The position numbers and the translations under genes were made by a program. Source: Longimicrobiales bacterium (GTDB lineage Bacteria > Gemmatimonadota > Gemmatimonadetes > Longimicrobiales > Gaopeijiaceae). Taken from it: a stretch of DNA of 57,637 bases. Each line of letters opens with the position of its first letter. The stretch's first letter is position 1. The notes beneath the pieces were generated by a model. It was not told where the DNA came from. It made no database searches and saw only the letters and a program-made list of their open reading frames with translations. The stretch is taken from positions 1 to 57,637 of the forward strand of contig CBDDCX010000003.1 of the NCBI GenBank assembly GCA_965226375.1, given 5' to 3'. This document shows positions 29,374 to 39,451 of this stretch, piece after piece.

Positions 29374-32031
29374 GTGCGAAACGCTGAACCATTCCGACGG
29401 AGGTTTACCTTGATCGAAAGTCCCTGGCTGGACGCCCGAAGCATCGCATCCCTGCTTGTCGTGCTCATGAGCGCCACGGCGCCCGCCATCGCCCACGAGC
29501 CCGGCGGCCAAGTCGCTACTTCCGAGTCGCCTCCGTCAATCGAGGAGACGGTGGCCGGCATGGAAAAGCTCGATGGCCTCTTCCCACTCTATTGGGATGC
29601 GGCCGCCGGTACGCTCTACATGGAGATCGACAGGTTCGACGAGGATGTCCTCTACGTCCGCGGGCTGGCGGCGGGACTGGGCTCCAACGACATCGGGCTT
29701 GATCGAGGACAGGGCCGCGGCAGCGGCGATCTCGTAAGGTTCGAGCGCGTCGGCCCGAAGATCCTGATGCTGCAGCCGAACCTGAGGTACCGGGCCGACA
29801 GCGAAAACCCCGATGAGCGTGTGGCGGTCGAGGACGCGTTCGCGCAGTCGGTGCTTTGGGGCTTCACAGTCGCCGCCGCGACCGATGGCCGCACATTGGT
29901 CGACATGACCGAGTTTCTGGTGCGCGACACCCACGATGTCGCGACTACTCTGCAGCCGGCCCAGTATCGCCTCGACAGCTCGCGCAGCGTCATCTCGAGG
30001 CAACACACCAAGGCCTTCCCGAGGAACATCATCCTGAACGCTGTCCTCACCTTCACAACGCAGGGCGATGGAAGCGGAGGTGACGGGTTTGGGATGCAAC
30101 CCGGGCCGGGCGGCGGTTTCGGGCGCGGGGCGCTATCTGCGGTGGCCCCGAGCACCGAGGCGGTCACCGTTCGCACGCATCACCAGTTCGTGGAGTTGCC
30201 CGGCGGTGGCTACGAGCCACGTACCTTCGACCCGCGATCCGGCGCCTTCGGCCCTACGTACCAGGACTATGCGGTGCCGCTCGGCACATCGCTGACGAAG
30301 CGGCTCGTCAACCGACACCGGCTGCAGAAAGTCGACCCGACCGCCGAAGTCTCGGACGCCGTCGAGCCTATCGTTTACTACCTGGACCGCGGCACCCCCG
30401 AGCCCGTTCGCTCGGCGCTCCTCGATGGAGCACGCTGGTGGAACCAAGCGTTCGAGGCGGCCGGCTATCGCGATGCCTTCCAGGTGAGGATGCTGCCCGA
30501 GGGCGCCGACCCCATGGACGTGCGCTACAACATCATTCAGTGGGTGCATCGCTCGACGCGCGGCTGGAGCTACGGCTTCACGGTCAGCGACCCGCGCACC
30601 GGTGAGATCATCAAGGGTCGCGTCACGCTCGGGTCGCTGCGTGTGCGGCAGGATTACTTGATCGCGGAGGGCTTGTTGGCGCCATACGCGAACGGCACCG
30701 AGACCCCTCCCGAGTTGGCTGAATGGGCGCTGGCACGGCTGCGGCAGCTGTCGGCGCACGAGGTTGGCCATACCCTCGGCTTCAACCACAATCACTACGC
30801 CAGCAGCCTCGGGCGCATCTCGGTGATGGACTACCCGCATCCGCTGGTCGAGCTCACCGACGACCGCGAGTTCGACTACTCGGCGGTCTACGACGACAAG
30901 ATCGGCGAATGGGACAAAGTTGCGGTGATGTACTCCTACCAGGATTTCCGACCCGGGGCCGATGAGGCAGAGGAGCTTCGCGCCATCATCGATGAGGCCT
31001 GGGAGCGCGACGTCATTCATATGACCGATGAGTCCTTGTCGGCGCAGCCGCGCGTGCACCTATGGGCCAACGGCACTGATCCGGCCGCCGAGCTCAGCCG
31101 AATGATGAACGTTCGCCGGCGCGCTCTCGATCGCTTCGGAGACAACGCCATCAAGCTCGGGGCGCCGCTGGCGACGATCGAAGAAGCGCTGGTGCCGCTG
31201 TACATGCGTCATCGCTATCAAGTAGAAGCGACCGCCTCCGCCATCGGCGGCACGTACTCCCACTACGCGCTGCGCGGTGACGGCCACGGGAATGCCGCCG
31301 GTGCGGTGCCGCGCGGCGAGCAGATGGCGGCGCTGGAGGCCTTACTGGCCACGTTGCAACCGTCTGAGCTTACGGTGCCGCGCTCGGTCCTGGCACAGTT
31401 ACCACCGCGACCGTCGGGCTACGGGCACCACCGCGAGCTGTTTCCGCGCTACACCGGGATGACGTTCGACGCGATTACGCCGGCCGTGGTCGCCACGCAA
31501 CACGTCGTATCCAACATCTTCGACCCCGAGCGTGCCGCCCGCGTGGTGCAGCAGCACGCCCTCGACAGCTCGTTGCCCGGCCTGGACGAGGTGCTCGACG
31601 GCACCTTCCAGGCGGTGTTCGCCACAAGTGGCGGCGACGACTACGAGCAGGAGATCGCGCGCGCCGTGCAACGCACGCTCGTCGAGCAGCTGATGTCGGT
31701 GGCGGCGAACGCCACCATGCCGCAGGTGCGTGCGATCGTCACCGCCAGGCTCGACCGGATGACCAACCGAATCGGCGGGATGCTGGCAGATGCCGGGGAT
31801 CCGCTCGGACCCACACAGGCTCACCTGGCGCTGTTGAAGCGCGACGTGGGGCGCTTTCTGCAGCGCCCGGCCGATGCCTACGCGGCTCCGAGGCCGCAGG
31901 CGCCGCCGCCGGGCGCGCCGATCGGACAGATCGGCCCCTCATGGCTCGACAGCAACCTCATGGGCATCGATCTGCCGCCGGTCGGCTCGATGCTCGACCT
32001 TTTGCTACCCGCCGACGCGCATCATCGGTGA
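29374..32031 (+). CDS. Zinc-dependent metalloprotease (DUF5117/DUF4953 metzincin type)
   Basis: AHEVGHTLGFNH zinc motif, SVMDY Met-turn, DPRTGEIIKG; start uncertain. Confidence 0.92.
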   Translation: MRNAEPFRRRFTLIESPWLDARSIASLLVVLMSATAPAIAHEPGGQVATSESPPSIEETVAGMEKLDGLFPLYWDAAAGTLYMEIDRFDEDVLYVRGLAAGLGSNDIGLDRGQGRGSGDLVRFERVGPKILMLQPNLRYRADSENPDERVAVEDAFAQSVLWGFTVAAATDGRTLVDMTEFLVRDTHDVATTLQPAQYRLDSSRSVISRQHTKAFPRNIILNAVLTFTTQGDGSGGDGFGMQPGPGGGFGRGALSAVAPSTEAVTVRTHHQFVELPGGGYEPRTFDPRSGAFGPTYQDYAVPLGTSLTKRLVNRHRLQKVDPTAEVSDAVEPIVYYLDRGTPEPVRSALLDGARWWNQAFEAAGYRDAFQVRMLPEGADPMDVRYNIIQWVHRSTRGWSYGFTVSDPRTGEIIKGRVTLGSLRVRQDYLIAEGLLAPYANGTETPPELAEWALARLRQLSAHEVGHTLGFNHNHYASSLGRISVMDYPHPLVELTDDREFDYSAVYDDKIGEWDKVAVMYSYQDFRPGADEAEELRAIIDEAWERDVIHMTDESLSAQPRVHLWANGTDPAAELSRMMNVRRRALDRFGDNAIKLGAPLATIEEALVPLYMRHRYQVEATASAIGGTYSHYALRGDGHGNAAGAVPRGEQMAALEALLATLQPSELTVPRSVLAQLPPRPSGYGHHRELFPRYTGMTFDAITPAVVATQHVVSNIFDPERAARVVQQHALDSSLPGLDEVLDGTFQAVFATSGGDDYEQEIARAVQRTLVEQLMSVAANATMPQVRAIVTARLDRMTNRIGGMLADAGDPLGPTQAHLALLKRDVGRFLQRPADAYAAPRPQAPPPGAPIGQIGPSWLDSNLMGIDLPPVGSMLDLLLPADAHHR

Positions 32032-32236
32032 GGGGGCCTATCACTTAGGTGAGGTCGTTCTTCCGCTTTCGCGCATCCACGGGTTCCCATGCCCCTCCTC
32101 AGAAAGGCCCCTTCTCCCCGAGGGGGGCCTGCTTGAGCGACAACCCCCAGTGACGTAATGTCATCGCTCACGCAAACCAGTCTTCCCGCCGAGGCTTCCG
32201 GTGCTTCGCGGATAGTGGTAACACGGAACCTGTGCT

Positions 32237-33535
32237 ATGAAAACGAACAGACGAGCTTTCATCTCGAGTGCCGCTCTCGCGGGCGGTGCCGCAGCCCTCT
32301 CTCCTGTGCCGTCGTTTGGGTTCCAGGGTGACTCACAAGCTGGGTCCCCTGACTACGCGGCTCTCGACGAGGTCCTCAAGTTGCCTGTCTTGAAAAGGGA
32401 GCTCTTTTCTTCGCCGGTCATCATTGAAACGGTCGAGCTGCTCCAGGATCGGGACAACTTCATCTGCCGGGTTCGATCCAAGGATGGGGCCGAAGGGGTG
32501 TCGATTGGGCACCCGTTCATCTCGATGCAGGGATACCCCATGTTTAACACCGGCTTGCGCGATCGCTTCCTTGGCAAGGATGCACGCGACCTGGATGCGT
32601 TGGTGTTCGATGCCGCGGAGCGCAACGTGAAACGTCAGGGCATTCCTCTCTGTGTGCAGATCGCGACCCTGGAATTCGCTGTCCTCGACATGCTGGGTAG
32701 CATCGCCGACAAGCCCATTGGCCAGTTGGTCGGCGACATCCATCATCCTGAAATCGCCGTGTATCAGGGCACGCGCCTCTTGGAGTTGCGCAGGCAAGAA
32801 CCCGAGGCGTCGCTGGAGTTAGTCAGACAAGATTTGGAGGAAACCAAGGCAAAGGCCATCAAGATCCGGGCCGGTCGTGGAGACAATTTGGGTTCGGATA
32901 TCGACAGTGCCCCGGGCAGGACGGAAAAACTCATCCGGATGGCCCGTGAGATGTTTGGCGATGACATGGTGCTGATGATTGATGGCAATGGCTCCTATTC
33001 CGTGAAGGAGGCCATACGCATAGGCAGGATTCTGGAAGAGTACAACTACTATTTCTATGAGGAACCCACACCGTGGGACTGGTATGAAGAGCAAAAGCAG
33101 ATCGCTGACGCCATGACGATTCCCATGGCAGGAGGCGAGGAAGAGTTCGGCATTCACGCCTTCCGCTGGCTCATCGCCAACGATGCCTTCGAGATCATAC
33201 AACCGGATCAGTTCTATTTCGGTGGGATCATTCGGTCCATGCAAGTGACTCGGATGGCCGAAGCGGCGGGAAAAACCATCGTGCCGCATCTATCGGCCGG
33301 CGGACTGGGATACCTGTATCTGCTGCACTACGTCTCTGCCTGCCCCAATGCCGGTGAGTATCACGAATTCAAGCTCTTCGCCACCCAGGACGCCAACGGG
33401 ACCGACATACCGATCGAAAGTAAGACCGACCCCTTCACCAGCGTCGACGGCGTGGTCAAAGTCCCCACCGGTTCGGGCCTGGGGATTCGCATCGATCCTG
33501 ATTACATCAAGACCCATAGGGTTCTCTATGGGTAG
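32237..33535 (+). CDS. Tat-exported mandelate racemase / muconate lactonizing enzyme family protein
   Basis: NRRAFI Tat motif; KIR, DGN, EEP, GGEE, QPD and PH enolase-superfamily motifs. Confidence 0.9.
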   Translation: MKTNRRAFISSAALAGGAAALSPVPSFGFQGDSQAGSPDYAALDEVLKLPVLKRELFSSPVIIETVELLQDRDNFICRVRSKDGAEGVSIGHPFISMQGYPMFNTGLRDRFLGKDARDLDALVFDAAERNVKRQGIPLCVQIATLEFAVLDMLGSIADKPIGQLVGDIHHPEIAVYQGTRLLELRRQEPEASLELVRQDLEETKAKAIKIRAGRGDNLGSDIDSAPGRTEKLIRMAREMFGDDMVLMIDGNGSYSVKEAIRIGRILEEYNYYFYEEPTPWDWYEEQKQIADAMTIPMAGGEEEFGIHAFRWLIANDAFEIIQPDQFYFGGIIRSMQVTRMAEAAGKTIVPHLSAGGLGYLYLLHYVSACPNAGEYHEFKLFATQDANGTDIPIESKTDPFTSVDGVVKVPTGSGLGIRIDPDYIKTHRVLYG

Positions 33536-33753
33536 CTGAGGCGCTTCCCCCCTGCTGCTGCCGGATTGGCCTGCGGTCGCCTTCGGCGATCCTCGGTCGT
33601 CTCACGGAAATCTTGAGGATCTATCGAGGACTCGACTGACGCTCGGGTAGATCCTGGCCGGCTCACACGCCTTACACGCATGTTGTCGAGATCATGGCGA
33701 GCCCGAGTGAAGGTCCCCTCATCCGCTTCGCCCGCGAAATCCAGGTGCAGCTC

Positions 33754-35431
33754 ATGAGGTTCCGGCATCTCGGCTTGTGGGGCATGTGCTTGGCTCTGGA
33801 TGCCTGCCAATCGGGACCCGATATTTGGGCCGATCTCGTGGTCCTGAACGGGAACGTGATCACGGTCGACCGCGCCCGTCCGAGAGCCGAGGCGTTCGCG
33901 GTTCTCGGAGCCAAGTTCATCGCCGTGGGGTCAACGTCGGAGATGCGCCGCTGGATAGGTGAATCTACGACGGTGATCGATGCGGAAGGACGCACCATCA
34001 CTCCCGGTTTCATCGATGCGCACATGCATCCTCGGCCCACGTATCCGGAGTCGTCTCCCCTCGCTACGGTGGACCTTCGCCCGGTCAGCGTCGCTTCGAT
34101 GGCCGATGTGATCGATGCGCTAGCGGCCAAGGCAGCGCTGGTTCCTGAGGGCCAGTGGATTCGGGGCGTCCGTTACGAGGACACGAAGCTCGGCCGACAT
34201 CCCACCCGAGCGGATCTGGACCAGGCCTCCAGCAGACACCCCATCTATATCACGCACTCGAGTGGTCACCTCGGGGTTGCGAACTCCTTCGTACTCAGGG
34301 CTGCCGGGATCACCCGGGACACGCCGGACCCTCCCGGAGGAGCATTCGATCGAGGGGACGATGGAGTGCCGAACGGCGTCTGTCGTGAGGTCGCCTGCCG
34401 CGCTTTCCGCCAGGCGGTGCCCGAGACTCCGATCACGAGGCAGGACGAAGTGGAGGGGATCCAGCGGACGCTCCGGCAGTTCGCGAAGACCGGGATCACG
34501 ACGGTCGTCGACGCGGGTGGGAGCCCTGAGAAACTTGGACAGTTCCGGGCGGGGGTGGGTTCGGGACCGTTCGCGCGGTCATGATGGTCGGCAGTGCCTA
34601 CCTGGATGAATTCCGGGCGGGAGGACTCGGCACGGGCTTCGGGGACTCATGGGTCAAGGTCGGACCCATCAAGGCGTTCCACGGCAACTCTCTGTCAGGC
34701 AGGACCGCCTGGCTTTTCGAGCCCTACGACATGGTCAATCCCGCCACGGGCAAGCGCGACTACTACGGGATTCCGCCCGATCGGACGCAGAGCGAGCTGG
34801 ACTCCCTGATCTTCTCGATTCACGAGGCGGGATTCCAGGTAGGTGTGCACTCGAACGGTGACCGCGAGATCACGATGCTTCTCGAGGCGTTCGAGAAGGC
34901 CCTCACCAGGCTACCCAGACCGGACCACAGGCACCGAATCGAGCATTCCAGCGTGATGACTCCCGCCATACTCCAGAAAGTCAGGGAGCTCGAGCTCGTC
35001 CTCGCTCCCCACTCCTACGTCTACGAGCACGGCGACAAGATGGAAGCGTTCGGTGCCAACCGCTGGGGAATGATGCACCCCAACCGGACGGCGCTCGACA
35101 TGGGCATCCCGGTAGCCGGCAATTCGGACTACGGCGTCAGCGCTGCGATTCCCATGCTTCGCATTCAGAGCATGGTGACGCGCACGAGTGCGGAAGGGAA
35201 GGTCTACGGCCCCGAGCAGAGGATATCGCCCGAAGAGGCGATCCAGATTTGGACGATGGGAAGCGCCTTTTCGGTGTTCGAGGAAGACATCAAGGGATCG
35301 ATCGAGGTAGGCAAGTTGGCCGACTTCGCCATCCTGTCGGCAGACCCGACCGCGGTACCCGTCGACGAGATCAAGGACATTGTGGTCCACACACGACCGT
35401 CGTCGGTGGCCGGATCGTGTACGACCGCTGA
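33754..35431 (+). pseudogene. Amidohydrolase-3 (YtcJ-like), two frameshifts
   Basis: PGFIDAHMH, VHSNGD, RHRIEH and GSIEVGKLADF motifs. Frame breaks near 34560 and at CACACAC 35388-35394; the true C-terminus TTVVGGRIVYDR ends at 35431. Confidence 0.88.
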
Positions 35432-35546
35432 AGCCGTCGACGCCAATTTCGCCTGGCTCCAGCAGTCGGACCTACCCAAGATCCTTTTTCATCCTCACGA
35501 AATCGGCGAGGGAATCGCGAAGTGGTACCGTCGATTTCAAGGCTGA
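35432..35546 (+). pseudogene. Haloalkane-dehalogenase-like C-terminal remnant with internal deletion
   Basis: AWLQQSDLPKILF directly joined to PHEIGEGIAKW; both resemble separate C-terminal motifs of LinB/DhaA-type enzymes. Confidence 0.55.
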
Positions 35547-35749
35547 TAAGGCCCCGCGTCCTCGATTCCGCGTCAGCGATCTTGAAGACCGTACGAATGG
35601 ACTGTCAGTAGCCTATCCGGCGCGCGGCGTCTATTTTGGCTTCGTCGCCTAAGCTGGAGGTCCCGCGAGGATTGGGGCCGATGTCCGTCCCGGCATCCTT
35701 ATCGTGCGTTGGCCAGGACGAGCGTCCCCCTCACACAGGAGGATTGGAA

Positions 35750-37717
35750 ATGCCCCATCCGTCACGATGGATCAATTCGAGCTTGCTGGTGGTGGTGCTG
35801 TCCATCACAGCCTGTGGGGGATCCCCCGAGCAGCGGGATTGGACGTACTTCGGTGGTGACAAAGCGTTCACCCGGTACGCCCCACTCGAACAAATCGATC
35901 GCGATAACGTCGGCGACATTCAGATCCTGTGGCAACGCCCGGCCCTTGATGCCTCGTATGTAGAGGCGTATCCCGATCTCGTAGCTTCGGACCAACGCCC
36001 CGGCAGGCGGAATAATTTGAGATCGACGCCGATCCTCATCGACGGGGTCCTTTATGCGCCAAACGGTGTGGGCTTGGTCGAAGCCTTCGATCCTGCGAGC
36101 GGTGAGACCATTTGGCTCCAGGAGCCGTTTGCTCCCACGTTGGACGAGGTTGCCGGAAGGAGCTCTCGAGGGTTGGACTACTGGACCGATGGCACCGACC
36201 GGCGTCTGATTCTGGTCAAGGGAGGACATCTGTACACCCTCGACCCAGAGACCGGCAGCACAAATCCCGATTTCGGCGATGGCGGGAGGGTGAACCTCGT
36301 TCGGCCGCCGGCCCAGTCGTACCGCAACAGCTCGGGCCCCATCGTGGTGGGAGATGTCGTGGTCATCGCGGGCACCTTCGATGGAGCCGGCGACTCGGGC
36401 AATAAGTGGCGGGGAATCGTAAGCGAAGATGTGCGGGGATACGACGTGCGGAGCGGGGAGCTTCTCTGGACTTTCCACGTAGTGCCGCAGGAGGGTGAGT
36501 TCGGCGTGGACACGTGGGAAGAGGATTCCTGGAGGGAAGCAGGTGACCAGGGTTCCTGGTGTTGCCTCAGTGCGGACGAGGAGCTCGGATACGTGTACGT
36601 GCCGCTCGGCGCTCCTACGTCCGCGTACTATGGGGGTCATCGCCCCGGTGACAACCTGTTCTCGAACAGCCTCGTGGTCCTGGACGTGACGACGGGCGAG
36701 CGCGTGTGGCACTTCCAGATGGTCCACCACGATCTCTGGGAGTACGACACCGTGGGTCCGCCGAGCCTGGGCGAGATCACCGTCGACGGGAGGCGGATCA
36801 AGGCTGTGATGCAGCCGAGCAAGACCGGGTGGGTGTACGTCTTCGATCGGGTGACGGGTGAGCCGGTCTGGCCGATCGAAGAGCGACCGGTGCCCCAGTC
36901 TACGGTGCCCGGCGAGTACACGTCCCCGACGCAGCCGTTTCCCACCAAGCCTGCACCGTTCGCTCGCCAGGGTCTGACGGTGGACGATCTGATCGATTTT
37001 CCGGAGGTGCGCGACCGGGCTCTGGCCTTGGCCGACTCGTTCGTCATGGGCCCGATATTCACGCCACCGCCCCTCGCGGGTGATAACCCAGAGGGTAAGT
37101 ACGGTCTGATCCAGGTGCCGGGAATCTGGGGCGCCGCAAACTGGAACACGGGTGCCTTCGACCCGGAGACTGGCATGTACTACGCAGTCGCTCACACGCT
37201 CCCAAAGATCGTCCGGATCTCCAAGAGTGACGATCCCGACTCGGAGATGGAGTATTGGGCAGACATGGACTGGACGCCGGATGGCGGGGACGATCCCGCC
37301 ATCGACGGATTGCCGATCACGAAGCCGCCCTGGGGCCGGATCACCGCGATCGACATGAATACCGGCGACCACGCTTGGATGGCCGCGAACGGCGACGCCT
37401 TGCGCGACCATCCGGCTCTCGAGGGCCTGGACCTGCCTCCTCTCGGCATCAGCAGCCGTCCGGCGGCGTTGGTCACGAAGACGCTCCTGTTTCTCGGCGA
37501 CGGTGGCAACGTCTTCGGAGGCATCTATTCGAACATGTGGGGCAACAACTTCCGCGCCTACGACAAGGCGACGGGAGAGGTGATCTGGGAAATGGAGCTA
37601 CCGGCCGGAGTGACCGGCGGGCCGATGACCTACATGTCGGACGGCAAGCAATACATCGTCGCCTCCATCGGAGGATCGGACCACTCGGCCGAATGGGTAG
37701 CCCTCGGGCTTCCCTGA
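35750..37717 (+). CDS. PQQ-dependent quinoprotein glucose-dehydrogenase-like lipoprotein
   Basis: ITAC lipobox, YYGGHRPGDNLF, WHFQMVHHDLWEYD, PVWPIEERPVPQS and KPPWGRITA motifs. Confidence 0.92.
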   Translation: MPHPSRWINSSLLVVVLSITACGGSPEQRDWTYFGGDKAFTRYAPLEQIDRDNVGDIQILWQRPALDASYVEAYPDLVASDQRPGRRNNLRSTPILIDGVLYAPNGVGLVEAFDPASGETIWLQEPFAPTLDEVAGRSSRGLDYWTDGTDRRLILVKGGHLYTLDPETGSTNPDFGDGGRVNLVRPPAQSYRNSSGPIVVGDVVVIAGTFDGAGDSGNKWRGIVSEDVRGYDVRSGELLWTFHVVPQEGEFGVDTWEEDSWREAGDQGSWCCLSADEELGYVYVPLGAPTSAYYGGHRPGDNLFSNSLVVLDVTTGERVWHFQMVHHDLWEYDTVGPPSLGEITVDGRRIKAVMQPSKTGWVYVFDRVTGEPVWPIEERPVPQSTVPGEYTSPTQPFPTKPAPFARQGLTVDDLIDFPEVRDRALALADSFVMGPIFTPPPLAGDNPEGKYGLIQVPGIWGAANWNTGAFDPETGMYYAVAHTLPKIVRISKSDDPDSEMEYWADMDWTPDGGDDPAIDGLPITKPPWGRITAIDMNTGDHAWMAANGDALRDHPALEGLDLPPLGISSRPAALVTKTLLFLGDGGNVFGGIYSNMWGNNFRAYDKATGEVIWEMELPAGVTGGPMTYMSDGKQYIVASIGGSDHSAEWVALGLP

Positions 37718-37821
37718 GATCGGGATCAGAATCGGCTGGCTCTCGGAGGCAAGGATTTGCAGTGTCGACCGCGGACGAGGGCACGTGCGCCGTCATCGGC
37801 AATCCTAGCTCGTCTCGCGGA

Positions 37822-37909
37822 GAGCTGCCGGGGTTCAACAGCGGGAATAACGGCGGGTACAGCGGGAAAAAGAGCGGGAATCTCTACTCTCAAACCCACC
37901 CGTGCCCCC
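37822..37909 (+). repeat. 88-bp dispersed repeat, copy A (four GCGGGA-type boxes)
   Basis: Near-identical to 50153-50240; boxes start at 37841, 37853, 37862 and 37874. Confidence 0.93.
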
Positions 37910-38008
37910 CAAGAGACTCCGTATGGGTGTGATACCCTCACGCGAGTGTTTTTGGGGTTGGATTTAGTGATCAGTGAACATTGTTTGGGTGATGGCGCTT
38001 AGGGCGTG

Positions 38009-38201
38009 TGCCATCTATCATCAGAGCTTGAAGAAACGGAGTTGGATTCCGGGGCCTACACCTTGATCCTCGAGGAGACCTGAGAATGAAGAAGAGCGAC
38101 CGCGAACCGGCCATGGACCGGAAGATCAACCGCCGTGACTTCCTGAACGGAGCGAGCATCGCAATGGCGGGAACGGTTCTCGCGCCGGGGGCCTCGGGCG
38201 C
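38009..38201 (+). repeat. Copy of the SpdH-like promoter, RBS and Tat-leader module (16468-16659)
   Basis: Colinear DNA from TGCC(A/G)TCTATCAT through the signal peptide; 34 of the first 39 aa identical. Confidence 0.93.
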
Positions 38202-39369
38202 TAGCACCGCTCGGATGATACCAAGTCCTCCACCCATAGATGAACCTGTGCCAACAGGGGGTACCGGCCATTACCTGTATGTAGCGACTCCTGGTATCAT
38301 CGATCATTTGGGCTATGGGGGTCACGGATTGCTGGTTTTTGATATAGACAACAATCACAAATTCGTAAAACGAATTAGCACTAGGGGGTTCCATGAAGAT
38401 GGCAGCCCATCAAACGTCAAGGGCATTGATGTCAGTGTGCCGCTCAACAGTGTCTATATCACCACCTTGGAATCTATGCAGCGGATAGATCTGAGTACGG
38501 AAGAGGTGCTGTGGGAAATCGATTTTGAGGGTGGCTGTGACCGTATGTCGATTTCACCTGATGGGATGACCATGTATTTGCCATCATTAGAAAAAGAGTT
38601 TTGGAATGTCGTGAATACCGAAACCGGTGATATCATTGCCAAGATCGTAGTAGATACCAGTGCACACAACACGATTTACGGTCCTTCAGGAAATCGAGCA
38701 TATATGGCGGATTATAAATCTCCCTGGTTGCACGTTGCAGATACCAAAACGCACACAGTCGTACAGAAAATAGGCCCTTTTAGTGGAGCTGTTCGACCGT
38801 TTACCATGAAGAGCGACGAGTCGCTTGTGTTTGTGAACGTTGATGATTTGCTGGGATTTGAAGTGGGTGATTTGAAAACAGGAGAAAAGGTAGCGAGTGT
38901 TCGGGTCCAGGGTTGGGACAGAGGTCCCGTACAACGACATGGCAATCCAAGTCATGGTATAGCTTTGACCCCAGATGAAAAAGAGATATGGATTAGCGAT
39001 GGCCATAATATGCGAATGCATGTTTTTAGCGCAGAAGCCCCTTATCAACAGCTCACCACCATTGCACTACGTGATATGCCGGGTTGGGTCACTTTTAGTA
39101 TAGATGGTCAGTATGCCTATGCATCTAGTGGCGAAGTGATTGATGCCAAGACACGGAGAATTTTATACTTGTTGCAGGATGAAAATTACAATACCGTTTG
39201 CAGCGAAAAGATGATTGAGATGCATATGCAAGACGGCAAAGTAACCAAGGCAGGTGACCAATTTGGCTTGGGTAGATTGCCTGTAGCAGGAGATATAGGT
39301 TTGGTTAGAAATTCGGGCATCCGTCTCAACCGCTACATGCCAGCAATTCAGCCCCGCCCAAGGCCGTAA
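38086..39369 (+). CDS. YncE/YVTN-like beta-propeller protein with borrowed Tat leader; AT-rich body
   Basis: GCDRMSISPDG, AHNTIYG, VRPFT and SHGIALTPDEKEIW motifs; abrupt codon and GC shift after about 38215. Confidence 0.85.
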   Translation: MKKSDREPAMDRKINRRDFLNGASIAMAGTVLAPGASGASTARMIPSPPPIDEPVPTGGTGHYLYVATPGIIDHLGYGGHGLLVFDIDNNHKFVKRISTRGFHEDGSPSNVKGIDVSVPLNSVYITTLESMQRIDLSTEEVLWEIDFEGGCDRMSISPDGMTMYLPSLEKEFWNVVNTETGDIIAKIVVDTSAHNTIYGPSGNRAYMADYKSPWLHVADTKTHTVVQKIGPFSGAVRPFTMKSDESLVFVNVDDLLGFEVGDLKTGEKVASVRVQGWDRGPVQRHGNPSHGIALTPDEKEIWISDGHNMRMHVFSAEAPYQQLTTIALRDMPGWVTFSIDGQYAYASSGEVIDAKTRRILYLLQDENYNTVCSEKMIEMHMQDGKVTKAGDQFGLGRLPVAGDIGLVRNSGIRLNRYMPAIQPRPRP

Positions 39370-39417
39370 CCTCAAGCGGGGCAATCCCTTACGTGCCCCA
39401 TAATACGTTGAGCGGAT
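39319..39417 (+). other. attC-like imperfect palindrome
   Basis: ATCCG(T)CTCAAC...GTTGAGCGGAT outer arms (GTTRRRY at 39407-39413) and an inner GCCCCGC/GCGGGGC stem. Confidence 0.5.
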
Positions 39418-39451
39418 CGACACGTTGGTCCAACGGCATCAGGGAGCCCAC

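Noticed and set aside
33560..33660. cUUCGg hairpin and GGATCTA...TAGATCC stem as a structured RNA
   Set aside because: Single copy with no family motif; cannot be distinguished from a terminator or REP-like stem without covariation data.
37822..37909. CRISPR array or plasmid iterons
   Set aside because: Boxes are 6 bp with 3-6 bp gaps, there are no spacers, and no cas or rep gene is nearby.
38200..38265. NheI (GCTAGC) and KpnI (GGTACC) sites near the leader junction suggesting an engineered fusion
   Set aside because: Six-mers arise by chance, the leader has diverged naturally from its paralogue, and there is no vector sequence.
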